Virus record (IMG/VR): IMGVR_UViG_3300038412_000035
Location: 3,628-67,627 of that record
Reading direction: 5' to 3' (one strand)
Origin: a virus
Taxonomy: Duplodnaviria; Caudoviricetes
DNA length: 64,000 nt
Shown here: one piece after another, positions 54,350 to 63,797 of the stretch
Numbering within the stretch: the first letter of the stretch is position 1
How the letters are laid out: the number at the start of each line of letters is the position of its first letter
Notes under the pieces: model-generated
Told to the model about the DNA's origin: nothing
The model's database searches: none
The model's input: the letters and a program-made list of their open reading frames with translations, nothing else
Position numbers and translations under genes: made by a program

Positions 54350-55671
54350 TATCTCACCGCAACATCTCTCTGCTTCGTCTGCTCATCGCGGTTTGGGCGC
54401 TGATTGGTATTGATCCAGCACTCGCAATGCAGTCTTCTATGTTCAATGCCTTGTTTGGCACTCCCGGCTGGGTGCTACCCGGCGCGGCGATCGACATGAA
54501 CTTCGCGGGTGGCCAGTATTGGGGCGCGCAGCCGGGGCAACTCATCGTCTCGCGTGGGTCGAGCGAGAGCGAGGTCTGCAACGGCGCCCTCTACGCCTTC
54601 GCGCCCAACGTTGCGCCGATCACGCCCTGCGGCATTTGGTCGTGGGAGAGCCGGACGAACCTTTTTCTGAACAGCACCGCGCCCGTTACGCAGAACATCA
54701 CGACAGTTGTTGGCTCCACGTACACCGTCAGCTTCTACGGTACGGGGACACTGACACTTTCCGGCGCGGCCACACAAACGATGACTGGGTCCGCGTTCCC
54801 TGCCAGGACGACCTATAGCTTCACGGCCAGCACAACGTCCCTCGGCGTGACGGTGACGTCTCTTCTGGCGATGAATTACGTCCAGGTCGAACTCAACCCC
54901 AACCTTTTCGCGAGCGTCGCCTCGGCCGCCACCGCCTCCAGCGGCTCGGGCGGCGTGAACGGGACCGCCGTCTACACGGTCACGGGGGGCACCTGCACGA
55001 CGCAGCCGACACTCAACGTGACGTGGACCTCGGGCGCGCTGACCGTCAACAGCGTCGCCAACGGCGGCTCCTGCTCGGTGTTGCCGCCTTCCCCGGCGAC
55101 GTTGACCTACGCCTCCGGCACCGCCACCGGCTGGACCGGCGCGACCGTCAACCTCACCCCGACCAACAACGCCGCTTCCGCCTTCGCCACCGGCCCGATC
55201 CTGACCAGTGGGAGTGCGGCGACGCGGGCGCAGTCGATTGTGAGCAAGGCGTTTCCGTGGTCGGGGCCGCTGTCTGAATATGTAATCGCCACTCCGCAAA
55301 CGCCCATACTGCCAAGCACAAATCAGTTCTTTGTTGACGTCAACGACGGCACAAACGCGAACAGACTGACCCTTTATCGTGCGCTGGTCAGCGGTCAACC
55401 GCAAACTGCCAGTGTTACAGGCGGTAACTCCTCTGTTATTTTCAATGTTGCCCCCTGGGCGCAATACACGCAAGGGCGATTTGCGTCCTACCTTGCAGGG
55501 ACGTCTTTGACTGGGAGCTTTAATGGCGCAGCAACAACCACAGGGTCGCAAGCGAATGGCGTGCCACAAATTAAGTATTTAGACATCGGTCAACAGTTCA
55601 ATACCCTATTCCCCTGCAACTGCGTTATAGCGCGTGTCGCTATTGGCCATCAATCATTTGTGGGGCGCTGA
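54346..55671 (+). CDS. Predicted exported lectin/ConA-like protein
   Basis: Leader ending PALA-M; ESRTNL..NS..QVE..A..TRA pattern; GC-rich core. Confidence 0.6.
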   Translation: MISHRNISLLRLLIAVWALIGIDPALAMQSSMFNALFGTPGWVLPGAAIDMNFAGGQYWGAQPGQLIVSRGSSESEVCNGALYAFAPNVAPITPCGIWSWESRTNLFLNSTAPVTQNITTVVGSTYTVSFYGTGTLTLSGAATQTMTGSAFPARTTYSFTASTTSLGVTVTSLLAMNYVQVELNPNLFASVASAATASSGSGGVNGTAVYTVTGGTCTTQPTLNVTWTSGALTVNSVANGGSCSVLPPSPATLTYASGTATGWTGATVNLTPTNNAASAFATGPILTSGSAATRAQSIVSKAFPWSGPLSEYVIATPQTPILPSTNQFFVDVNDGTNANRLTLYRALVSGQPQTASVTGGNSSVIFNVAPWAQYTQGRFASYLAGTSLTGSFNGAATTTGSQANGVPQIKYLDIGQQFNTLFPCNCVIARVAIGHQSFVGR

Positions 55672-55672
55672 T

Positions 55673-56113
55673 ATGCTCGACTATCTCCTCTGCGCCCCCG
55701 ACGAAGCCACCGCCATCGCTGACGCCACGCTCGGCGCGTTCCACCGCCCCGCATCGGCGGACGATCCGGGCGGCTGGCGCGAGGATGTCGTCAACATCGG
55801 CCCCGAAAGGACGGGCTTGAGCGTATGGGCCGACAGCGGCGACGTGACGCTCGGCACTGACCCAACGACCGGCCAGCCGATCATCCAGCACACCTATCTG
55901 CCCGGCTTCTGGCTCTCGATCAGCCAAACCTCGCGCAACGCGGCGCTTGAGGCGTCGCCGTATCTTGTGCTCGGCTCTGACCGTGACATGGCGAACGCAG
56001 GCGCGACGATGGCGCAATTCGTTATTGTGTTCGGGCCAAACCAGAACCTAACCAGATTCACAGGGATGCACGTCAGCCCGGTTGAGCAGGGTGCGAATTA
56101 TCCATTTCAGTAG
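55673..56113 (+). CDS. Hypothetical protein (GC-rich)
   Basis: ATG 55673 coupled to the upstream stop. Confidence 0.6.
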   Translation: MLDYLLCAPDEATAIADATLGAFHRPASADDPGGWREDVVNIGPERTGLSVWADSGDVTLGTDPTTGQPIIQHTYLPGFWLSISQTSRNAALEASPYLVLGSDRDMANAGATMAQFVIVFGPNQNLTRFTGMHVSPVEQGANYPFQ

Positions 56114-56136
56114 TCTCATGTGATGGGGAAACAAAC

Positions 56137-56976
56137 ATGCAAATGCCTCAAGTCGTTCAGCACCCAACGCCCAACTATACACCAGTCGCAATCTCTCATG
56201 ACTTGCTGATCCTCCACATGATGGAAGGCGGATATTTGGGATCAGTCTCTTGGTTGTGTATTCCGAAGGCTAGAGCATCGGCGCACCTTTGCATGAGTGA
56301 AGATGGATCCATAGTTTCTCAGTTGGTTCCTCTTCAGTACAAGGCTTGGGCTGAGTGCGAATTCAACAGCAAAGGCATCTCGCTCGAAATCCCTGGTCAT
56401 ACCGCTGATGGAATTCCTGATGATCGGTGGCGAGCAGCAGCAAAGATATTCGCTTGGTTGAGCCTCGCTTACAACATCCCTCCAGTTTGGGCGAAGGGCG
56501 GTCAGGGAAGAGGCATATGCCAGCATCACGATCTTGGCGCGGCGGGCGGCGGACACGTCGATTGCTCGTTGGTTGGTTCCAAAGAATGGTTGACGTTCAT
56601 CGACTATGTGGTTGATGCTCAGAAACTGTTTGATCCAAATGATCTTCCTCTGTTCGCTCTTCATGGATTGCCAAACCCACACACCGTGTCTCTTCCTCCT
56701 GACGTCATCCCGGTTCCGTCACACGGTGGTTCGCCGCGCGTCAATCCAAATGAAACGCCTGTACCCCATTTCACCGCGTCAGGTTATCCTCTTGGATCGA
56801 TGTTTGATTGGCAGTATCGTCTCATCCGCGTTGGTGCAAACCCTCAGCTGATGATTGATGGAAATGAGACAGCAGCAACCAAACGCGCAATCGGAGTTTT
56901 CCAGAAAGCAGTCGGAATCAAAGTGACGGATGACGTCAACCCTGAGACATGGTCCAAGCTGGTGGAGATGACCTGA
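56137..56976 (+). CDS. Endolysin: Amidase_2 N-acetylmuramoyl-L-alanine amidase + C-terminal PG-binding domain
   Basis: LILHMMEG, SAHL, AW..N..ISLE, HHDL..H.DC; C-terminal ..DG..T..AI..FQ..G. Confidence 0.85.
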   Translation: MQMPQVVQHPTPNYTPVAISHDLLILHMMEGGYLGSVSWLCIPKARASAHLCMSEDGSIVSQLVPLQYKAWAECEFNSKGISLEIPGHTADGIPDDRWRAAAKIFAWLSLAYNIPPVWAKGGQGRGICQHHDLGAAGGGHVDCSLVGSKEWLTFIDYVVDAQKLFDPNDLPLFALHGLPNPHTVSLPPDVIPVPSHGGSPRVNPNETPVPHFTASGYPLGSMFDWQYRLIRVGANPQLMIDGNETAATKRAIGVFQKAVGIKVTDDVNPETWSKLVEMT

Positions 56977-57785
56977 TGACTGTAGCAGAGATCAAACACC
57001 CATTCACTGGCGAAGTCTACAGGCTTGGCCGCTATCCGTCTCAGCCTCAGAGGCATTTGCATCTGGCTGATTTTATCAAGCCTGACGATCTTCCAAAGCC
57101 GCCAATTGTCTGCCATTATTCGCCGCTCGCTGAGCATGGTTTGGCGATGATTCTTGCGAATGACCGTCTGGGTGATTGTACATCGGCCGGCGCATCGCAC
57201 TTGATTGATCTTTGGCAAGGCAACTCACTACAGACAATGCCTGTCGTAAGCGACGCTGACGCCATCGCCTTCTACAGCAAGACATGCGGATATGTCGCAG
57301 GCGATGAATCAACCGATCGCGGCGGCAATCTCGTTGATGTGATGAAGGCTTGGAAGAGCAATGGCTTCTTCTCTGATGGTTCTTCAAAGATCAATGGTTG
57401 GGTGTCTGTTGACGCGACGAACAGGCATCAGATGATGACGGCGCTCTGGTTGTTTGAAGGCTTGTACATGGGTGTCGGTCTTCCTGATGAATGGATTGAT
57501 CCTCCGCCAAGCAGCAATGGCTTTGTGTGGGGCGTGAATGGGGAAGCTGATCAGAATAATGGCCATTGTATAGTTGCTGTTGGTTACAATGGTCAGGGCA
57601 TCCAGATCGACAGCTGGGGGAAGATTGGAACAATCACGTGGGATGCGATGGCCAAATACTTCAGTGCCGCAGCCCAAGGTGAAGTCTATGCGATCCTGAG
57701 CCCAGACGCAATCATCAGGGCAACCAAGAAAGCAACAAGCGGCTTCGACATTGATAGCCTGACAGCTATGATGGAGAAGTTCTGA
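56976..57785 (+). CDS. Papain-like (C1-type) cysteine peptidase
   Basis: NDRLGDCT.A, GHCIVAVGY, DSWG. Confidence 0.7.
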   Translation: MTVAEIKHPFTGEVYRLGRYPSQPQRHLHLADFIKPDDLPKPPIVCHYSPLAEHGLAMILANDRLGDCTSAGASHLIDLWQGNSLQTMPVVSDADAIAFYSKTCGYVAGDESTDRGGNLVDVMKAWKSNGFFSDGSSKINGWVSVDATNRHQMMTALWLFEGLYMGVGLPDEWIDPPPSSNGFVWGVNGEADQNNGHCIVAVGYNGQGIQIDSWGKIGTITWDAMAKYFSAAAQGEVYAILSPDAIIRATKKATSGFDIDSLTAMMEKF

Positions 57786-57787
57786 AT

Positions 57788-57855
57788 TCCCTGTGAGCGC
57801 CGCCCCTAGCGCTTCAGGGACGGCGCCAGCGCGACACCCCCTCCGCGCTGGCGCC
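57788..57855. other. Twin GC-rich hairpins in the intergenic gap
   Basis: TCCCTG..AGCGC/GCGCT..CAGGGA and perfect GGCGCCAGCGCG/CGCGCTGGCGCC. Confidence 0.5.
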
Positions 57856-57883
57856 ACCACCAGCAAAACAGAAGGATGAGACA

Positions 57884-58096
57884 ATGAATCCGAATACATC
57901 AGCAATCATCAATGGCGTGTTCGCTGTTGTTGGAGCTATCGCAGCAATGAAGCCTGATATGTTCCCTGCATACATCCCAGGTGATGTATCAGTCAGCATC
58001 ATTCAGACATGCGGAATGGCGATGGTGTTCTTTGGAGCAGTGAATGGTGCGCTCCATCTCACATCATCGTCGTCGCCGGGAGCACTCGGCAAATGA
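57884..58096 (+). CDS. Holin-like two-TM protein
   Basis: Two hydrophobic helices, small size, lysis-cassette position. Confidence 0.5.
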   Translation: MNPNTSAIINGVFAVVGAIAAMKPDMFPAYIPGDVSVSIIQTCGMAMVFFGAVNGALHLTSSSSPGALGK

Positions 58097-58106
58097 GGAG
58101 GGTGAA

Positions 58107-58481
58107 ATGATACTGAATAAAAAGACTGCCGTGATTCTTGGGTTGGTGACTGTTCCGTTCCTGCTCGGCGCTTCCGCGCCATCAGGTTGCACCCAGGATC
58201 AGGTTACGCTCGCAATCACTACAGCCGTCAACACCGGCTGCGAAGTGGTGGCAGAGATCAATACGTCAGGCATCACCCTGACGCAGGCCGAGAAGGCAAT
58301 GCTTGCCTCGTCAACAGGCTTCTGCCCGCCGAACCCAGCGCCGACGAATGTCACATCCGCTCTGACGGATTTCGTGGCAAGCGTACCTGCCATCCTGGCA
58401 ATCTATGCCCGCACCAACCCGGCCAAGGCGAAAGCGCTCCAAGGCGAGTACGTGCGCAAGATGCGCGCCTTGCGCGAATGA
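58107..58481 (+). CDS. Exported/lipoprotein-like protein (possible spanin component)
   Basis: Basic-hydrophobic leader, SGC. Confidence 0.45.
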   Translation: MILNKKTAVILGLVTVPFLLGASAPSGCTQDQVTLAITTAVNTGCEVVAEINTSGITLTQAEKAMLASSTGFCPPNPAPTNVTSALTDFVASVPAILAIYARTNPAKAKALQGEYVRKMRALRE

Positions 58482-58819
58482 GCGAAGAGCGCATCGCGAG
58501 CGCCGGGGCGATAACCCCGGCGCACATCTCAGAATTGGTTACAATCCTGACCAACCTTCCAATCGGACAGTTGGTTGCTCTGTTTGAAGGCGGCGTGACA
58601 GTTGATTCATTGTTGTCGCTTCTTGAACAGGCAGTTAGCGTTATTGGAACTGTCGATCCTTTGGTTGCTATTCCTGCTGAGGGAGTGGTTATGGGTCTTC
58701 AGGCTCTTCAGTTCCTGCTCGACGAGGCTGGGGTTGGAACCAACCCAATCACAGGCGGTGAACCTCCGTCTGTGATTGATGATCCTGGCCTTGGGCCGAC
58801 ACCAAACACGCCACGATAA
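58478..58819 (+). CDS. Hypothetical protein
   Basis: ATGA coupling. Confidence 0.55.
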   Translation: MSEERIASAGAITPAHISELVTILTNLPIGQLVALFEGGVTVDSLLSLLEQAVSVIGTVDPLVAIPAEGVVMGLQALQFLLDEAGVGTNPITGGEPPSVIDDPGLGPTPNTPR

Positions 58820-58829
58820 GGGGTGGATC

Positions 58830-59342
58830 TTGATCAGACTTCGCTTCGTTGGTAGCAATGGACCAATCTCTGTTGCCATTAAGATGGCAGAGCTAGGCAT
58901 CCCATACCAGCATGTGGAGGCTGTTACTCAAGATGGTTTCTATCTCGGATCGCACTTGTCTGGTGGCGTTCAACGCCGCCCGACCAACTATGACGCAGAG
59001 AATATCAGGGTTGAACTCTTCGCTGATATCTCTGCGTCTGATGAACAAACAAAAACATTCTATGACTTTCTATCAGAACATATTGGGAAGCCTTATGACT
59101 TGACCGCAATTCTATCACTAGCGGAAGGATTCACAACAGACCGCGCTCCATCTCTCCCTGAAACATATGATTGTTGGATCTGCTCAGCACTACAAATCGC
59201 CGCGCTTATGAAAGCTGGGCTTGTGAAGAGCGCCCCACAACAAGTTCGATTGACCACAACAAGAGATGTATTGGTGATCACTGGCGTTCTTGGTTCTGCG
59301 AACAGCATCAAAACACGGAGTGGTGGAAATGACATTGTTTGA
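58830..59342 (+). CDS. Permuted NlpC/P60 (YaeF/YiiX-like) papain-fold enzyme
   Basis: His-before-Cys order: HVEAV..GKPYD..WICSAL. Confidence 0.7.
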   Translation: MIRLRFVGSNGPISVAIKMAELGIPYQHVEAVTQDGFYLGSHLSGGVQRRPTNYDAENIRVELFADISASDEQTKTFYDFLSEHIGKPYDLTAILSLAEGFTTDRAPSLPETYDCWICSALQIAALMKAGLVKSAPQQVRLTTTRDVLVITGVLGSANSIKTRSGGNDIV

Positions 59343-59586
59343 TGAGGAAGGAAGATTGGGGGAAAAGGTCGTCAAGTGGCTTCCTCCACTCATATCGTTG
59401 TTGGTTGTGATTCTTGCCTTAGCTGCTGGCTTCGCGCGATTTGAGTCTGATATATCAGTTGAGGCGGAAGAGATCAAACAGTTGGAATCAAAGTCTGCCT
59501 CATCATCATCAGATCATGATCTTCTTATCAGGATGGATACACGCCTGATCAGAATTGAAGCTGCTGTATCGCGCCTGGAGAAGTGA
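59329..59586 (+). CDS. Single-TM coiled-coil protein (lysis-associated?)
   Basis: TM helix then LIRMDTRLIRIE coil. Confidence 0.55.
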   Translation: MTLFDEEGRLGEKVVKWLPPLISLLVVILALAAGFARFESDISVEAEEIKQLESKSASSSSDHDLLIRMDTRLIRIEAAVSRLEK

Positions 59587-59801
59587 CGACTATGTTTCGT
59601 GTGATAGCACTCATATGCTCAATCAGTCAAGGGCCGGAAGAGTGCACCACGAACACAGCGCGCGACTTATTGGTGATTGGTGAAGAACCAAATGAGCTTG
59701 CCTGCATCAGGCGCGGAACCATCGATGCAGGCAAGTTTGCCATCCTTGTCGGACCAGATGAGTGGGTCAAAACTTCATGTATTAAGATGAAGCATGATTG
59801 A
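59583..59801 (+). CDS. Small Cys-containing hypothetical protein
   Basis: ORF track. Confidence 0.55.
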   Translation: MTTMFRVIALICSISQGPEECTTNTARDLLVIGEEPNELACIRRGTIDAGKFAILVGPDEWVKTSCIKMKHD

Positions 59802-60335
59802 TTATATTTGATGCCAGCTGTGAATGTCTTCGATAGCGAACGTCTTCACAATCCCATCACCAACGTCTTTCGCCCTAAGCAACCATTGCTTATCATCGTG
59901 ATACTCATTTGATCCATGGAAAATGCTGAATGGCCTTATTCGATACATCTTGCGCTTTCCGCGCCAGTTTGTATAATCAATCAGAGCATCAAACTCTGAT
60001 TCTCCTATCTCATCGCTTGAAGGCGCGGCAGCAATCTGCGCTCCATAGTCGAGCATCCTTGCCATATCACCTTTCATCGAATGCAATGTTTGTTCCTGAA
60101 CACGGAGCTTGGCCAAAGCATCCTGCAAAAGTTGTAGATTGAGAGTTGATTCTTGCTTTGCTTCATGCAATTGTCTCGCATTGAAATTATCAGCGTCATA
60201 TGATTGGGCCATCTCTATGAGAGACATGACTGTTTGAGTTGGGAGCGCGATCCACATTTGCTTGGATGGCTGACCAGTAAACAACTCGCACTGAGTGCGA
60301 AGCTCATTGAGTTGCTCTTTTGATAGATGTGCCAT
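59802..60335 (-). CDS. Coiled coil + WYL-like domain protein
   Basis: DYTNWRG....RIRP..I......WLL.A.D......TFAIEDI. Confidence 0.6.
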   Translation of the reverse strand: MAHLSKEQLNELRTQCELFTGQPSKQMWIALPTQTVMSLIEMAQSYDADNFNARQLHEAKQESTLNLQLLQDALAKLRVQEQTLHSMKGDMARMLDYGAQIAAAPSSDEIGESEFDALIDYTNWRGKRKMYRIRPFSIFHGSNEYHDDKQWLLRAKDVGDGIVKTFAIEDIHSWHQI

Positions 60336-60551
60336 TTAGTTCATCCTCCATCTTGGTGGTGTATTTAACACAAACACTCTTGTGTCCTTAACTGAACTCC
60401 AATCAAAGACAAACCAGACGCAGTTGCAGTGGACACAAACAAACCTCTTCATCCTCTCTTGATACAAAGTAAGCAGCAGCCTCTTTTCAAAGCCGCAGAA
60501 GCACCTTGGTGGGATTGACTCTTCGTTACTCATCGCCAATCGCAAATCCAT
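60336..60551 (-). CDS. Small Zn-ribbon-like protein
   Basis: CFCG..CVHCNC. Confidence 0.45.
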   Translation of the reverse strand: MDLRLAMSNEESIPPRCFCGFEKRLLLTLYQERMKRFVCVHCNCVWFVFDWSSVKDTRVFVLNTPPRWRMN

Positions 60552-60786
60552 ATCTCTTCGCTGCCTCCCTCTCTTTATTGCAGATGTCGGTCCCGGATAT
60601 GACAGAACCGAAAGTCTTCAACATCTCCCTCTCGCCATCGACATATCCACAGGCATAACTATAAGCAATAGCCTTGTCGAGATCATATGTCAATGGTTTA
60701 TCGAGCGTAGTTGAAGCAGACAATCCCCAAACCATCCCAAACAAGCCGCAGAGCATTACTGCGATAGCAACCAACGGCACCCTCAT
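60526..60786 (-). CDS. Small membrane-anchored protein
   Basis: N-terminal hydrophobic helix; GGAGG SD. Confidence 0.6.
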   Translation of the reverse strand: MRVPLVAIAVMLCGLFGMVWGLSASTTLDKPLTYDLDKAIAYSYACGYVDGEREMLKTFGSVISGTDICNKEREAAKRYGFAIGDE

Positions 60787-60798
60787 GTCTTCCTCCCA

Positions 60799-61266
60799 TC
60801 ATGATATTGATGATTCATCAACATTGCTGATCTTCTGAATGAGCTTCGCAAGTTCATCTTTGAGTTTGGTGTTCTCTGTCGAAAGGTTGGCATAGTTTGT
60901 GATCCAATTGAGACGTCCTTCGCGCTCGCTCTTGGCGCTTTCTAGCGCCTGGTTTAGCTTCTTGTTTGTTTCAGACAGCTCACGGATTGCTGATGTCAAA
61001 GCCTCAGCCAGCGTTTCCGCGCTCGCTTGAGTATTCTTCAGCTGAGTCTCGATTGTTGTTTGTTCATCGCTCTTCGAACGCTCAGCATCTCGTTTGATCC
61101 TCTTCTCTGTTGCATCTAGATGCCTTGAGAGGATTTCATTTGAATTGACAGTCTCATGAGAGAGAAGTCCACCATGCCTCTCATCATCAATGCGTATGTT
61201 GTTCCTTACTCTTCGCGCGGCGGTGAAGAGGTTGTCTGCTGAGAAGAAGTCCTGTTCATTGCTCAT
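60799..61266 (-). CDS. Coiled-coil phage protein
   Basis: Start refined to ATG 61266 (coupled to the upstream stop). Confidence 0.65.
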   Translation of the reverse strand: MSNEQDFFSADNLFTAARRVRNNIRIDDERHGGLLSHETVNSNEILSRHLDATEKRIKRDAERSKSDEQTTIETQLKNTQASAETLAEALTSAIRELSETNKKLNQALESAKSEREGRLNWITNYANLSTENTKLKDELAKLIQKISNVDESSIS

Positions 61267-61771
61267 CTTCGCCATCCACCAGTTTTGAGTGTTCACCAAT
61301 TTTTCTTCTTGGACTGTATATCTTCTCTGTTTTGCCGTAGTAATATTTCTTGTTCTTCTCAAACCAATCAAGCAGCGTTTTCATCGCTTCTGCTAGCTTC
61401 CTATCACGTTCACTTTCAGATAGCATGAGCCTCGATATTTCATTTGATACGATATTGCGATGCTCAATTGGAACCTGTGCAGGAGCCAAAGCCCTTCTCA
61501 GGGTGTTGTGGTCTTCAGCCAAAGAGTTGAACTCAGAAAGCAAACAATGATAATGGCGCGGTCCCCATAGATGGCACTCAGTTGAATGGGTGCTGATGTA
61601 TTCGCTGTTTGCTAGTGTGACGCGAGCGATGTTGATTATCTCAACTGAGTTCTCAATCACCTGCTTCGCGAACTTGTTGTTCAAGTCACCAGTAGCAATC
61701 AACATCTTATGAGCGGCATCGGCTTGCAGCTCAAGCACATTCATCTGATCGATTGTGAGTTTGCAGCTCAT
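61256..61771 (-). CDS. Conserved phage protein (THS..C..WGP.HY.C motif)
   Basis: ORF track, ATGA coupling. Confidence 0.65.
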   Translation of the reverse strand: MSCKLTIDQMNVLELQADAAHKMLIATGDLNNKFAKQVIENSVEIINIARVTLANSEYISTHSTECHLWGPRHYHCLLSEFNSLAEDHNTLRRALAPAQVPIEHRNIVSNEISRLMLSESERDRKLAEAMKTLLDWFEKNKKYYYGKTEKIYSPRRKIGEHSKLVDGEDEQ

Positions 61772-62025
61772 CGCTCGCCCCTGCTGAACAAGGTGTACTC
61801 TGCGGTCTCGCCTCTCCCCAATGGTGATGTTCTGGCTATGTAATAGCTGCTGCTCTTCCCAATAGCAAATATCAGCGACCTTATGATGACGATGGTGCTG
61901 TTCCTCCAGTACGTTGGCCGCTCGCGGTCCTTGTAGTAAAGGTCAGCAACCTCTTCAACAGTCATCTTCCTCTTGACAACCAGAGCATCAAGAATCATCT
62001 GTTGGGTCTTGTTCAGCTTTCCCAT
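61768..62025 (-). CDS. Putative winged-helix DNA-binding protein
   Basis: LNKTQQMILDAL..MTVEEVA pattern. Confidence 0.5.
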   Translation of the reverse strand: MGKLNKTQQMILDALVVKRKMTVEEVADLYYKDRERPTYWRNSTIVIIRSLIFAIGKSSSYYIARTSPLGRGETAEYTLFSRGER

Positions 62026-63746
62026 GTCGTGGCATCCTGTATGATTGTATCGCTGCTCCTATCTGCCTCATCCAATATCTCGATGTCATCTCTATCATCA
62101 TTCAGAGTTGAGATAACATCCCCCAATGACATCTGACTGATCATCCGCTTTCGCTTGTGGCGAACTATGATCCGGCTGTCCATGCCGCCTTTCGCGACCA
62201 TGTAGAAATGCTCTGCGGCGCCAATCGATCCTATCCGATCGATGCGACCTTCGGCTTGCTCTTTGGTGATGAAGTTGTCATCCATCGAATAGAATATGTC
62301 TGTCTTACAGACAAGCTGCAATCCGTCTATGCCTGTTCCGCCAGCGGCCGGATTGGAGATGAAGACACGGGCCATCGTAGGATCGCAGAATTGCTGTATG
62401 GCGCTCTTGCGTGCTTCTGCCTTATCGCGACCGAGATACGTCACCCAACTTATGCCGAGAGACGTCAACCATTGTGATATCAAGTCAGCGTCATGGTTGA
62501 AGCGGACCCAAACAATGACTTTCTCATCAGGCCGTGAATCGAGAAATTCCCTAAGTGCAACTAACCTTGGGTTTTTCTTTGGCTCATCAAATAAGTCTTC
62601 AATTGATTTATCTTCCTTGATCACAAACCCATTCGATATTTGTTGACACTTCATGAACACCACAGCTGGATTTTCAATCTCAACATCGCCAGACGAAAGG
62701 GAAATCACAGCTTCTTTCTTCAGTGTCTTTATCATCGCCTTCTGCTCAGGCGTTATATCGAAGAACCATCTCTCATAGGTTGGTGGAAGCTGGCCGATGT
62801 CCAGTTTCGAGACGCGGAATGTGTAAGGCTCAACCATAGCCTTGAACCTTTCGACGTTCTTGTGCCCAACCACAACCCGGCCTTCAAAGCCTCCCATGAT
62901 ACAATACTCATTGCGAAATGACGTGATGTATTTGATTCCAACAATAGACGGATCCAGCCAAAGGAATTCAGCCCATTCATCAGTCAAGTCTTTTGCAATC
63001 GGCGTCCCTGTGAGCATGATCTTGTGGCTGACATATTTGCCATATGCGGATGCGGCCTTGTGGCGCTCTGATCGATAGTTCTTGATGTTGTGTGCCTCAT
63101 CAGCAATCATCAGCACCTTGCCGCTGTGGGCCTTTATGAACTTGTGGATGATCTCGATGCCCATGTCTGTTTTGATTCCGTCCCAATTGATACAAAGAAG
63201 TTTGAGACCTTCGCCTGGGTTCAAAGAATCATCGTATTTCTTCAATGGCCAGAAGAGGCCAGAGAATGGGACGCCGCTGTGGGCATGGAACTGCGAATCG
63301 ATCCACTGGCGATGAACGCCTAGCGGAGCGACGATGAGTGCGCCGGTTATTTTGTTGTCACAGAACAGTTGGCCAGCATAGTCGATTGCGACTTTGCTCT
63401 TGCCTGTTCCTGTGTCCATGAAGAGTGCGAAACGAGACTTGCTGCCGATCTTTCTGAGCGCTTCCTCTTGATAGTCGCGTGGTTTCGTCTTCGGTGTGTA
63501 TGATTTCTTTTTTGCCACAGAATCAAACTCTGTGAATGATGTCCGATTGTCAATGACGTCAAGAAGGCTTGGTTCAAACAAATGGTGAATCGCCGATATG
63601 TTGTCTGGTGTCGTTTCAAACTCCAAACCATTATCTGGCTTCAACCATGTCTTCTCGCCCTTGATCGATCTGAGTACAGCCCCAACAGTGGTTGAGAATG
63701 GCGAAATCTTCAAAACTGTCTTCGTCTCGTTAATCGTCATCCTCAT
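62013..63746 (-). CDS. SNF2-family DEAD/H helicase
   Basis: RDYQ, MDTGTGKS, DEAH.IK, LTGTP, GGTGIDGL, QAEGRIDRIG. Confidence 0.92.
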   Translation of the reverse strand: MRMTINETKTVLKISPFSTTVGAVLRSIKGEKTWLKPDNGLEFETTPDNISAIHHLFEPSLLDVIDNRTSFTEFDSVAKKKSYTPKTKPRDYQEEALRKIGSKSRFALFMDTGTGKSKVAIDYAGQLFCDNKITGALIVAPLGVHRQWIDSQFHAHSGVPFSGLFWPLKKYDDSLNPGEGLKLLCINWDGIKTDMGIEIIHKFIKAHSGKVLMIADEAHNIKNYRSERHKAASAYGKYVSHKIMLTGTPIAKDLTDEWAEFLWLDPSIVGIKYITSFRNEYCIMGGFEGRVVVGHKNVERFKAMVEPYTFRVSKLDIGQLPPTYERWFFDITPEQKAMIKTLKKEAVISLSSGDVEIENPAVVFMKCQQISNGFVIKEDKSIEDLFDEPKKNPRLVALREFLDSRPDEKVIVWVRFNHDADLISQWLTSLGISWVTYLGRDKAEARKSAIQQFCDPTMARVFISNPAAGGTGIDGLQLVCKTDIFYSMDDNFITKEQAEGRIDRIGSIGAAEHFYMVAKGGMDSRIIVRHKRKRMISQMSLGDVISTLNDDRDDIEILDEADRSSDTIIQDATTWES

Positions 63747-63762
63747 GGTCAGTCTCTCTCCT

Positions 63763-63792
63763 GTACAAACGAAAAGGGCAACTTCCCCCAAA
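63763..63792. repeat. 30-bp element, inverted copy of 4260..4289
   Basis: GTACAAACGAAAAGGGCAACTTCCCCCAAA; 27/30 identity. Confidence 0.8.
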
Positions 63793-63797
63793 ACCCG

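Noticed and set aside
54475-55569. 364-aa antisense ORF
   Set aside because: A shadow of the GC-rich sense gene; Arg/Gly-rich, no SD and no domain pattern.
45779-55671. Diversity-generating retroelement acting on fiber genes
   Set aside because: No reverse transcriptase and no template/variable repeat pair differing at adenines.
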